64,000 nt of DNA from NCBI GenBank assembly GCA_902566515.1, contig CACFIX010000003.1, positions 3,889 to 67,888 on the forward strand. Direction: 5' to 3'. Of this stretch, positions 37,444 through 46,565 are shown in pieces. Each line of letters begins with the position of its first letter. The first letter of the stretch is position 1. Under the pieces are notes generated by a model. That model ran no database searches. It was not told where the DNA came from and worked only from the letters and a program-made list of their open reading frames with translations. The position numbers and the translations under genes were made by a program. This DNA is from an uncultured Candidatus Actinomarina sp. (lineage in GTDB: Bacteria; Actinomycetota; Acidimicrobiia; Actinomarinales; Actinomarinaceae).

Positions 37444-38127
37444 TTACCTAAGAATATAACTTCCTTCACTTTCATCTCTAGCAATTTTTCCGTTTGCAAG
37501 TTCAATAACTCGTTTTTTTCTTCTATTCACGATTGAAGAATCATGTGTAGCCATAACAACTGTTGTTCCAGCTCTATTGATTTTTTCAAGCAAAGAAACT
37601 ATCTGGATACTCAATTCAGGATCAAGATTACCTGTAGGCTCATCACACAAAAGTACAAGTGGATTGTTAGCTAATGACCTTGCAATACTTACTCTTGTTT
37701 GTTCACCACCAGAAAGTTGGTCTGGATATTTAAAAGCATTTTCATTTAGCTCTACAAGATCTAATAAGGTATTTGTTTTAGATTCGATCTCATCATTTGG
37801 AGTGCCCATAACTTCTAAAGCAAAAGCTATATTTTCGTAAGTATTTCTCTTTTCTAATAGTTGAGGCTCTTGAGTAACAATTCCAAGTTTTCTTCTTAAC
37901 AATGGTGTCTTCCATCTAGGCAGTTGAACAACATCGAGTCCTGCAACTTCAATACTTCCTTTTGTAGAAATATACTCCTTATATAAAAGTTTTAGAAAAG
38001 AAGACTTTCCGCTTCCAGAATGACCAACAAGATAAACGAATTCTCCTTCGTTTATAGTCGTACTTATATTGGAAAGTGCAACACTTCCACCTTGAAATAC
38101 TAATGAAACATTATCTAACTTAATCAT
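37444..38127 (-). CDS. ftsE: Cell division ATP-binding protein FtsE
   Basis: 227 aa. It has Walker A GHSGSGKSS, signature LSGGEQTR, and Walker B LLCDEPTGNLD. Confidence 0.9.
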   Translation of the reverse strand: MIKLDNVSLVFQGGSVALSNISTTINEGEFVYLVGHSGSGKSSFLKLLYKEYISTKGSIEVAGLDVVQLPRWKTPLLRRKLGIVTQEPQLLEKRNTYENIAFALEVMGTPNDEIESKTNTLLDLVELNENAFKYPDQLSGGEQTRVSIARSLANNPLVLLCDEPTGNLDPELSIQIVSLLEKINRAGTTVVMATHDSSIVNRRKKRVIELANGKIARDESEGSYILR

Positions 38128-39224
38128 TTATTCCCTGTCTACGCCATTTTAGGTACTCTTTAATAAATATGGAAATATCCCCATCAAGAACATTCTGTAC
38201 ATTTCCAACCTCAACACTGTTTCTAGCATCTTTTACTTGCTGATATGGTTGAAGTACATAAGACCTAATTTGCCTTCCCCATCCAGCCTCGTGCTGATCT
38301 CCTCTTATTTCATTCAATTTTTTTAATTCTTCTTCTCTTTTTTTTAATAATAATTTTGTTTTTAAAAGTTCTAATGCTCTTGTTTTATTTTGAAGCTGAG
38401 ATCTTTCTGCCTGACAAGCCACAACTATTCCAGTAGCAATATGTGTAATTCTTACAGCTGAATCTGTAGTATTTACATGCTGACCTCCTGCTCCAGAAGA
38501 TCTATAAACATCAATTCTTATTTCATCATCTTGGATATTAATTTCGTCATTATTTTCAATTAAAGGAATTACATCTACTCCTGCAAAGCTAGTGTGTCTT
38601 CTTTTATTACTATCAAAAGGGCTAATTCTTACTAATCTATGAACTCCTCTTTCACTCTCTAAATTTGCATATGCTCTAAATCCATTGATTCTTATAGACG
38701 CTGACTTAATTCCCGCTTCTTCACCCTGAGAGATTTCTTCAATTTGATGATCTATATTGTTACTGGAAAGGTGTCTTGTATACATTCTTAAAAGCATCTC
38801 AGCCCAGTCATGAGCATCAACCCCACCAGCACCTGCATTAATAGTCAAAACTGCATTCAAGTCATCATACTTATCGAAATAAAGTGCTTCGTCTTCAATC
38901 TCCTCAATCATATTTTCTAATTTATTTATTTCATCTTGATAAACTTCTTCATTGATATTTTCTTCTTCAGTAAGCTCAATTAATTCTTTAAGCTCTTTGA
39001 GGTCATTTTCTAAACTACTTAAAGACGTTATCAATTTTTCTATTGTAGAAGCTTCAATTGATACCTTTTGGGCATACTGCGGATTGTCCCAAAATCCTTT
39101 TTTATTTATCTCAAGGTTTAATTGATCAAGCTTCTTTTTTTTGTTTTCAAAGTCAAAGATACCCCTTTGCAGAAATCAATCTTTCATTAAAAGTGCTAAC
39201 TTTGCTTAAGATTTCTTTATACAT
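38120..39224 (-). CDS. prfB: Peptide chain release factor 2 (requires programmed +1 frameshift)
   Basis: Frame 0 is ATG 39224 ... MYKEILSKVSTFNERLISAKGYL then TGA (39155-39153). The +1 frame continues DFENKKKKLDQLNLEINKKGFWDNPQYAQK... into the track ORF 38120-39034. The RF2 motifs SPF (RISPFDS) and GGQ (SGAGGQHVN) are present. Total length is ~367 aa. Confidence 0.92.
39152..39167 (-). promoter_or_regulatory. prfB autoregulatory +1 frameshift site (SD-like AGGGG, then TAT CTT TGA C)
   Basis: The reverse complement of 39152-39170 reads GCAAAGGGGTATCTTTGAC. This is essentially the same as the classical E. coli prfB shift site AGGGGGTATCTTTGAC. Confidence 0.9.
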
Positions 39225-41824
39225 TTATCAACCATTCCACATTTTTTATATTTTATACCTGAACCACAATAGCAAGGATCATTCCTACCAATCTTATCTT
39301 TAATTATTTGTGTAGTCTTTACATTATCCTTGTTTTCTTGATTTTGTAAGATAAAACTTTTATCAAAATTCATAAGAATTCTAATTACTGAAAACTTAAC
39401 ATTCTCTATTAAATCCTCAAAAAGTGTATATCCCTCATTTTGGTACTCAACAAGCGGATCTCTTTGACCCATTGCCCTTAGTCCAATTCCAGATCTTAAA
39501 TAATCCATTTCAGCTAAATGATCCTTCCAAGATTGGTCAATAAATGATAGAGATGAACCTCTTGCTAATTTCCAAAATGTATCAGAGTCTTGTGATTCAT
39601 TATTATTAAAAAGATTCTCCAGCTCATGATCAATTTGCAATTGATCATTGATTTCGATATTTCTTACAAATTCTTTTTTAACTCCATCACTTAATAAATT
39701 ACTTAATTCATCAGAAATTAATTGGTTGAAATGCTCTAAGTTTTCGTAATTTTTTTTATATAGTTCAATATTATTTGAAATTGTGCTGACAACATCATCA
39801 AACCATTCTGAAATTAGATTTTCAATACTATCTGACCTAAGTAGTTGTCTTCTCCATTTGTATATAACTTCCCTTTGTTGATTTAGAACTTGATCAAATT
39901 TAAGTACATTTTTTCTGATTTCAAAATTGAGTGATTCAACCTGAGCTTGCGCTCTTTCTATACTTTTAGTAACCATTGATTGTTCTATTCGTTCTTCATC
40001 TGGAAGATTGAGTTTATTCATTATTGATTCAATTCTTTCACCTTGAAATCTTCTCATTAAATCATCTTGAAGTGAAATATAGAATCTTGACTCTCCAGGG
40101 TCACCCTGCCTTCCAGATCTTCCTCTTAACTGATTATCAATTCTTCTTGAGTCATGTCTCTCCGTGCCTAAAACATAAAGCCCACCAAGTTCTAATACTT
40201 TATTTTTTTCTTCATCAACTTGTAACTCCAACTCATTAATCTTTGAATCTAAATACATTGGATCGTCTAATTTATCTTCAATTATTTGGTGCTGAACTGC
40301 CATGTCCTCAGGATTTCCACCTAGTTTTATGTCAACACCTCTACCAGCCATATTTGTGGCAACCGTAACAGCGCCTAATCTTCCCGCCTGTGCAATGATT
40401 TGCGCTTCCTGTTCATGATTTTTTGCATTTAAAACATTATGTACGATTCCTTTATTGGTTAATTGTTTAGATACTTCTTCTGAAGCTTCGACAGATACAG
40501 TTCCTAATAAGATTGGTTGTCCTTTTTTGTTTCTGTCAATAATATCGTCAATAACTGCGTTAAGTTTTGCTTCATTGGTTTTATATACAGCATCCTGTTG
40601 ATCTATTCTCTGTATAGGTAGGTTCGTTGGAATTTCAACAACCTCAAGATTGTATATTTGAATAAACTCTTCTTCTTCAGTTTTTGCAGTACCTGTCATT
40701 CCTGCCAAATTTTCATACATTCTAAAATAGTTTTGATATGTTATTGATGCTAGTGTTTGGTTTTCATCTTGGATTCTCACATTTTCTTTAGCTTCTAATG
40801 CTTGATGTAACCCGTCTGAATACCTCCTTCCTTCAAGAACTCTGCCAGTAAATTCATCAACAATGTTGATTTGGCCATTTGAGACAATATAATCTACATC
40901 TTTTGCAAATATTGTTTTAGCTCTTAAACATGCTGTTAAATAATGTATAAAGTTTGTTTGTGAGTTTTCATATAAATTTGAGATACCCAGCTTTGACTCT
41001 ACATACTCAATGCCTAATTCTGTAGGATGAACTTGTTTTTTGGCTTCATCAATATCATAGTGAACATCTCTTTTCATTCCTTTTACAATCTTGGTAAACT
41101 CTGTGTACCATTTTGTTGAATCACTTACCTTGCCAGAGATAATTAAAGGGGTTCTTGCTTCGTCAACTAGTATTGAATCTACCTCATCAATAACACTGTA
41201 AAACAAATCTCCTTGAACTAGTTGTTCACTTGAAATTGCCATGTTGTCTCTGAGATAATCAAAACCAAATTCATTGTTGGTACCATATGTAATATCTTTT
41301 TTGTATGCTTTAATCTTTTCTTCATAATCTTGATTTGAATAAATCAGGCCTACTTCAAGACCTAAAAAATTATAAATTGGGCTCATCCACTCTGCGTCCC
41401 TTTTTGCGAGGTATTCATTAACTGTTACAACATGTACGCCTTTTTTATATAAAGCCATTAAAGAGATGGGCAAGGTTGAAACAAGAGTTTTACCTTCACC
41501 AGTTTTCATTTCAGATATTTTATTTCTAAGAAGAACCAGTCCTCCAAATAGTTGAACATCATAATGTCTTTGATTAAGTGTTCTTTTTGCAGCCTCTCTT
41601 ATATATGCAAATGCTTCTACCTCAATATCTGATGGTGAATCAACAATTTTTTCAGAAAGATTCTGAAAATTAGTTTTTATTTCTTCATCGGATAATTTTT
41701 CAAAAGATTGTTCTTTTTTATTTATCTCTTCAACAATCCCATTTAGCTCAGAAGTTAACTTCCCACTACCAACTGAAAGTGCTTTTTTAAATAAATTCAA
41801 ATTTAGCTGGTGCCATGCTCCCAA
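39206..41824 (-). CDS. secA: Preprotein translocase ATPase SecA
   Basis: 872 aa. It has Walker A MKTGEGKTL, the DEAD-like motif DEVDSILVDEARTPLIISG, and the C-terminal zinc site CYCGSGIKYKKC. The start is uncertain: TTG 41824 overlaps ahcY, and an in-frame TTG at 41800 is an alternative. Confidence 0.92.
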   Translation of the reverse strand: MGAWHQLNLNLFKKALSVGSGKLTSELNGIVEEINKKEQSFEKLSDEEIKTNFQNLSEKIVDSPSDIEVEAFAYIREAAKRTLNQRHYDVQLFGGLVLLRNKISEMKTGEGKTLVSTLPISLMALYKKGVHVVTVNEYLAKRDAEWMSPIYNFLGLEVGLIYSNQDYEEKIKAYKKDITYGTNNEFGFDYLRDNMAISSEQLVQGDLFYSVIDEVDSILVDEARTPLIISGKVSDSTKWYTEFTKIVKGMKRDVHYDIDEAKKQVHPTELGIEYVESKLGISNLYENSQTNFIHYLTACLRAKTIFAKDVDYIVSNGQINIVDEFTGRVLEGRRYSDGLHQALEAKENVRIQDENQTLASITYQNYFRMYENLAGMTGTAKTEEEEFIQIYNLEVVEIPTNLPIQRIDQQDAVYKTNEAKLNAVIDDIIDRNKKGQPILLGTVSVEASEEVSKQLTNKGIVHNVLNAKNHEQEAQIIAQAGRLGAVTVATNMAGRGVDIKLGGNPEDMAVQHQIIEDKLDDPMYLDSKINELELQVDEEKNKVLELGGLYVLGTERHDSRRIDNQLRGRSGRQGDPGESRFYISLQDDLMRRFQGERIESIMNKLNLPDEERIEQSMVTKSIERAQAQVESLNFEIRKNVLKFDQVLNQQREVIYKWRRQLLRSDSIENLISEWFDDVVSTISNNIELYKKNYENLEHFNQLISDELSNLLSDGVKKEFVRNIEINDQLQIDHELENLFNNNESQDSDTFWKLARGSSLSFIDQSWKDHLAEMDYLRSGIGLRAMGQRDPLVEYQNEGYTLFEDLIENVKFSVIRILMNFDKSFILQNQENKDNVKTTQIIKDKIGRNDPCYCGSGIKYKKCGMVDKCIKKS

Positions 41825-43047
41825 GAGTCGAGATATTCAATTTGCTCTTTTGTGAGTATTTCTAACTCTCCACCCATGAGTCCTAACTTAGTTGCAGCGA
41901 TTTTTAAATCAACTTCACTTGGAAGGGTGTACACTTTTGCTTCCAATGTTTTATGGTTTTCTTTAATCCACTCAGCAGCCAAAGCTTGATTTGCAAAGGA
42001 CATGTCCATAACCGATGCTGGATGCCCAGTAGCAGCGGCTAAATTTACGAGTCTTCCTTCAGCAAGTACCAATATTTCTTTTCCATCATATTTATAACTT
42101 TCAACATGTTCTCTAACCCTATTAACCTCTGAACTATCCTCTTTTAATCTTTCTAAATTTATTTCTACATCAAAATGTCCTGCATTGGCCAAAACAACAC
42201 CATCTTTCATTACATCAAAATGTTGCTTGTCAAGTGCGTGCATATTTCCAGTTACTGACACAACAACATCAGCAATTTTTGAAGCATTAATACTATTTTT
42301 AACCTCATATCCATGCATTAATGCTTCTAGTGCACGTACCGAGTTTGGTTCAACAACAGTAACTTTTGCTCCCATGCCGTAGGCTCTCTCTGCAACTCCT
42401 TTTCCGCAATCGCCAAAACCAACCACAACTACATTTAATCCAGCAATTAAAAGATCTGTAGCTCTAACAACACCGTCCATTGCACTTTGTCCCGTGCCAA
42501 ATCTGTTATCAAATAAATGCTTTGTGTCAGAGTCATTTACAGCTACAACTGGGAATCGAAGTTTATTATTCTTTTCCATAGATTTTAGCCTTATTACTCC
42601 AGTGGTAGTTTCTTCCATTGAACCCATTATTGGAATGTCAGATCGATCTGTAAGTAATAAAGTGACTAAATCTGCCCCATCATCCATTGTAATATCTGGT
42701 TTTGTATCCAAAACAGAGTTGAGGTGTTTAAAGAATTCATCATTAGAGACTCCATGAACAGCATGAACTTCTACATCATTTTCGGCAAGATAAGCTGCAA
42801 CTGAGTCTTTTGTAGATAGTGGATTTGATGCACATAAAGCTACATTTGCTCCAGCTTCTTTTAAAGTAAGCATTAAGTTTGCAGTTTCTTTTGTTACATG
42901 CATGCAAGCACCAATATTTAAGCCGTTTAGAGGTTTAGTAGATGAAAATTCATTTTTTATTTCCTCTAGAACTTGCATCTGTCTACTAGCCCAACTTACT
43001 TCTTCATGTCCTATGTTTGCTAATTTTGAATTTTTTATTGTTGACAT
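41803..43047 (-). CDS. ahcY: Adenosylhomocysteinase
   Basis: 414 aa. It has the NAD-binding VVVVGFGDCGKG and an overall SAH hydrolase pattern (HVTKETANLMLTLKEAGA...). Confidence 0.9.
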   Translation of the reverse strand: MSTIKNSKLANIGHEEVSWASRQMQVLEEIKNEFSSTKPLNGLNIGACMHVTKETANLMLTLKEAGANVALCASNPLSTKDSVAAYLAENDVEVHAVHGVSNDEFFKHLNSVLDTKPDITMDDGADLVTLLLTDRSDIPIMGSMEETTTGVIRLKSMEKNNKLRFPVVAVNDSDTKHLFDNRFGTGQSAMDGVVRATDLLIAGLNVVVVGFGDCGKGVAERAYGMGAKVTVVEPNSVRALEALMHGYEVKNSINASKIADVVVSVTGNMHALDKQHFDVMKDGVVLANAGHFDVEINLERLKEDSSEVNRVREHVESYKYDGKEILVLAEGRLVNLAAATGHPASVMDMSFANQALAAEWIKENHKTLEAKVYTLPSEVDLKIAATKLGLMGGELEILTKEQIEYLDSWEHGTS

Positions 43048-43050
43048 TAC

Positions 43051-44040
43051 CTATCCTTTTAATTTTTTCTTTAAATTTTCAATAGCATCAATGTTAAATG
43101 GATCAATATTTAATTGATCTGCTATATTAACACTTACTAAATCACCTATTAAGACTAAATGAAACAAATCTATAATTAAATTGTCAGATGAAATATTTCT
43201 AACATCAATCGTGTCTACTTTTGAGCCTATAAGTTCCTTTGTAAATTCAAATCTATTGTCTATCTTTTTATAGTCATCTCCTCTAAGAAGGATTAAAATA
43301 AAGTTATTTTTTGATCCCTCTTGGTCTGCTTCCCATGAAAGTATTTCATTATGGTGTACTTCGGGCATGAAACCAACATAAGCTTTAGATTTAGAATTCT
43401 CATTTATTTGTGTTTTCCATCTTTGAGCAACCAAATAGGTTAAGTCTGAACCAGCGTAAATTACAGCAGTTTTCGTTCCTATTTGATTAGCAATATTCTT
43501 TGAAATTTCAAAAACTTCATTTGAAGCGTCTTTCGTTAAATTATTTAAATAATTTCCAGCTTCCTCACATGCATTAATAAAAATCTCTTTAGTTGGATTT
43601 GGTAAATAATTAATAACTGCTTTGGTCATGAGACCAAATGCAGCCCTAGGCTGAAGCCCATTTGGTACTTTGACAAACTTTTTATTATGTTTAGTTGCTA
43701 AATCTAGAAGCTCTCCACCACTAGAGATTGCTGCCCATTCCAAATTTTCATCTATTGCATCCTTAGCAACACTTATTGTTTCTTCTGTATTTCCAGAATA
43801 CGAAATGAATAAACAAAAAGGTCGGGCTGCTATTTGGTTTTTTGTTAAATTGTATGTTTTCCTAACTTCTACATCTATATTGGTATGTTGATTTAATATA
43901 AGTTTAAGAACATCACCTGCTACTCCAGAACCACCCATCCCAACAATAAGAATTCTCTCATAATCAACTGATGCAAATCCCTCTGAAGTCTCTAAATCAG
44001 TTGTTAGCTGATTACCTAAATTTAAAACATGTTCTAACAT
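43051..44040 (-). CDS. SIS-domain bifunctional phosphoglucose/phosphomannose isomerase family protein
   Basis: 329 aa. It has the SIS motif ILIVGMGGSGVAGD and a second SIS-like half, and lies next to manB. Confidence 0.7.
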   Translation of the reverse strand: MLEHVLNLGNQLTTDLETSEGFASVDYERILIVGMGGSGVAGDVLKLILNQHTNIDVEVRKTYNLTKNQIAARPFCLFISYSGNTEETISVAKDAIDENLEWAAISSGGELLDLATKHNKKFVKVPNGLQPRAAFGLMTKAVINYLPNPTKEIFINACEEAGNYLNNLTKDASNEVFEISKNIANQIGTKTAVIYAGSDLTYLVAQRWKTQINENSKSKAYVGFMPEVHHNEILSWEADQEGSKNNFILILLRGDDYKKIDNRFEFTKELIGSKVDTIDVRNISSDNLIIDLFHLVLIGDLVSVNIADQLNIDPFNIDAIENLKKKLKG

Positions 44041-44046
44041 TTACAA

Positions 44047-45381
44047 CTAAATACTACTCGAAATTTTTTCTAAAACTTGATCAAGAATTTCTTGAGTATC
44101 AGCTTCAACATTAATTCTTAACTTATTTTCAGTATTTGAACCCCTGACATTAAACCAAAAGTTTCTATACAGACAACTAAGTCCGTCAGTTTGATCAAAC
44201 TCCCCTTCAAAGATGCTTTCAATTTTGCTAATTGACTCATTAATATCTTCAACAGAAAAATTTATTTCACCAGAACTAGGTGGAAAGTTATAGTTATCAA
44301 TTATTGAGCTGAGTTTGTCTTTATTATTGGAAAGCAATTTCATAAATATCAAAAGTGTGAGAATTGCAGAATCAGCATAAAAGTTATCTCTGTAATAAAA
44401 ATGTGCGCTATGTTCTCCGCCAAAATCAGCATCTACATCACGCATCATTTTTTTTATATTGGAATGACCAACTTTACATTTATATAATTCAATATTGTTG
44501 TTTTTCATCATTTTTAAAGCATGAGGAGAGACGTTTACATTGTGGACTACACTAAATTCATTTTTTTGTGAAGACAAAAATTCTGATATTAAGACTGTCA
44601 TCATACTCCCTGAAATAACTCTCCCAAGATTATCTATAAATACACCTCTATCAGCGTCCCCATCAAATGCTATTCCAAAATCTAGATCATTATCTATTAC
44701 TAAATTTTTTAAATCAGTTAAGTTTGATTCGTCTGATGGGTCAGCAGGATGATTAGGGAAATTTCCATCAACTTCTAAATATATAGCCTTCGCATTGAAT
44801 TTGTATATATTATTTAAAGTATCAAATACCGCACCAAATACACCGTTTCCTCCATCAATACCAAAATTTAATTTTTGTGAAATACTCTCTGGAGATACTA
44901 AGTTTTTGAGATGTTCATAATATTCATTACCTAAGTATTTGTCGTTAATTTTAAATTTCTCAATACGTATTTCTAAATTTCTATCGGCTAATTTTTTGAT
45001 ATCCATTAGGCCAGAGTTTTCACCTATTGGTATTGCGCCAGCACTACAGAGTTTTAAACCATTATAATTTTTTGGATTGTGTGAAGCAGTAATTATTGCA
45101 CCTGGTTTTTTAAGTAAGCCGGATAGTGAATAGACAGTATCTGTTGGGACTAATCCAACATAGATAATTTCCTTGTTAATGGATTTAATTCCAGAAGTAA
45201 AGGCATCAAGCATTTCAATATTTGAAACTCTCCCGTCATGACCAACAATAATAGTGTCATCTGGAACAAATTCTGCAAAAGCTTTGCCAATTTTATATGC
45301 TATATCTTGGTCTATACTGTCACCATAAACACCTCTGATGTCATAAGATTTAAAAATTAAATCTAGTTTATTTTTTGTCAT
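44047..45381 (-). CDS. Phosphomannomutase/phosphoglucomutase
   Basis: 444 aa. It has the active-site TASHNP, the metal loop FDGDADR, and the sugar loop GGEHSAH. Confidence 0.88.
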   Translation of the reverse strand: MTKNKLDLIFKSYDIRGVYGDSIDQDIAYKIGKAFAEFVPDDTIIVGHDGRVSNIEMLDAFTSGIKSINKEIIYVGLVPTDTVYSLSGLLKKPGAIITASHNPKNYNGLKLCSAGAIPIGENSGLMDIKKLADRNLEIRIEKFKINDKYLGNEYYEHLKNLVSPESISQKLNFGIDGGNGVFGAVFDTLNNIYKFNAKAIYLEVDGNFPNHPADPSDESNLTDLKNLVIDNDLDFGIAFDGDADRGVFIDNLGRVISGSMMTVLISEFLSSQKNEFSVVHNVNVSPHALKMMKNNNIELYKCKVGHSNIKKMMRDVDADFGGEHSAHFYYRDNFYADSAILTLLIFMKLLSNNKDKLSSIIDNYNFPPSSGEINFSVEDINESISKIESIFEGEFDQTDGLSCLYRNFWFNVRGSNTENKLRINVEADTQEILDQVLEKISSSI

Positions 45382-45402
45382 TACTCAATTATTGTACTGT
45401 TC

Positions 45403-46137
45403 ATGGATTCAAACTCTAGTTTTAATAACTTTTCAATTGTGATTCCTATTTATAATGAGGAAGATATTCTTGCCGAATCAATAAATAATATTCTCTCTAT
45501 TTGTGAGAGAACATCTGTCGAATATGAAATCATAATCTCAGAAAATGGGTCTACTGACAATACAAAAAATCTTGCTAGAGATTTTGAACAAAATAATTCC
45601 AAAATAGTTTTAATTGAAAGCGATCATCCAAATTATGGTGAAGCACTGAAAAGAGGATTTTTGAAATGCAAAAATGAAATTATAATTTCATTTGATATTG
45701 ACTACTATTCTGAAAGTTTTCTAAAAGAGTGTTTATTGCTTGAGGATAAATATGCAGGTTTAATTGCTTCAAAAAGATTGAGCAATTCTGAAGATGGAAG
45801 AAGACTGATACGAAAATTGGCCACTAATTTCTTTGTTTATATTTTAAGAATTTTATTTAAAACTAAATTATCTGACACACACGGAATGAAAGCAGTCAGA
45901 AAAAGTTTTGTAAATAATCATATTGATTTAGTAATTTCAACACAAGATTTATTTGATACAGAGCTACTACTTAGAATTGAAAGAACTGGAAATGAATTTA
46001 AGGAAGTTCCCGCCAAAATTAACGAAATAAGACCAAGTGTTTCAGTTATATATAAAAGAATTCCAAGAACTTTGAAGAGCTTATTTAAGCTAAAAATTGC
46101 TTTTTATAAAGAGTCCTTAAAAACAAAAAATTTATAA
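45403..46137 (+). CDS. Family 2 glycosyltransferase (polyprenyl-phosphate sugar synthase-like: GtrB / CsbB / Ppm1 type)
   Basis: 244 aa. The N-terminus is SIVIPIYNEE, there is a DxD-like FDIDY, and no TM domain is obvious. Confidence 0.75.
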   Translation: MDSNSSFNNFSIVIPIYNEEDILAESINNILSICERTSVEYEIIISENGSTDNTKNLARDFEQNNSKIVLIESDHPNYGEALKRGFLKCKNEIIISFDIDYYSESFLKECLLLEDKYAGLIASKRLSNSEDGRRLIRKLATNFFVYILRILFKTKLSDTHGMKAVRKSFVNNHIDLVISTQDLFDTELLLRIERTGNEFKEVPAKINEIRPSVSVIYKRIPRTLKSLFKLKIAFYKESLKTKNL

Positions 46138-46565
46138 ATTAAATACTTGATTGGAAGTATTGATCCATGAATTAAAACTGTAATTACCAAATAATAGAAC
46201 TCGTTTTTTTGAAATTCAGGGTTCCATAAATTAATTAAAAACCAAACAAGAATTGGGATTCCTAAATTAAGTAAGCTAACAGAAATATATTTAACGAACT
46301 CCCTCCATGAGCCATCAAGATATGAAAGTTGAAAAATAATTTTTCTTGATAAAAAATAAGAAACCACTACACCAATTGCAAATGAAAATGTATTAGTTAA
46401 ATAAGTTCTGAGAGGAAAACTAATCATAGTTAAAATTAAAAATTGAAAAATATAATTCAAAAAAAGACCAAATATTAAATTAAATGCTCCAACAATATAT
46501 GTTCTAAATAATTCAGCAAATGAGCTGTCACTTTTTGTGAGTTTGTTAATGAGATTATTCAGCAT
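46104..46565 (-). CDS. GtrA family membrane protein (putative polyprenyl-P-sugar flippase)
   Basis: 153 aa. It has four predicted TM helices and the GtrA-like N-terminal pattern FAELFRTYIVGAFNLIFGLFLNYIF. Confidence 0.7.
   Translation of the reverse strand: MLNNLINKLTKSDSSFAELFRTYIVGAFNLIFGLFLNYIFQFLILTMISFPLRTYLTNTFSFAIGVVVSYFLSRKIIFQLSYLDGSWREFVKYISVSLLNLGIPILVWFLINLWNPEFQKNEFYYLVITVLIHGSILPIKYLIYKFFVFKDSL

Noticed and set aside
38120-39034. prfB as a 5'-truncated pseudogene
   Set aside because: The upstream sequence supplies the missing N-terminus via the canonical CTT TGA C +1 frameshift.
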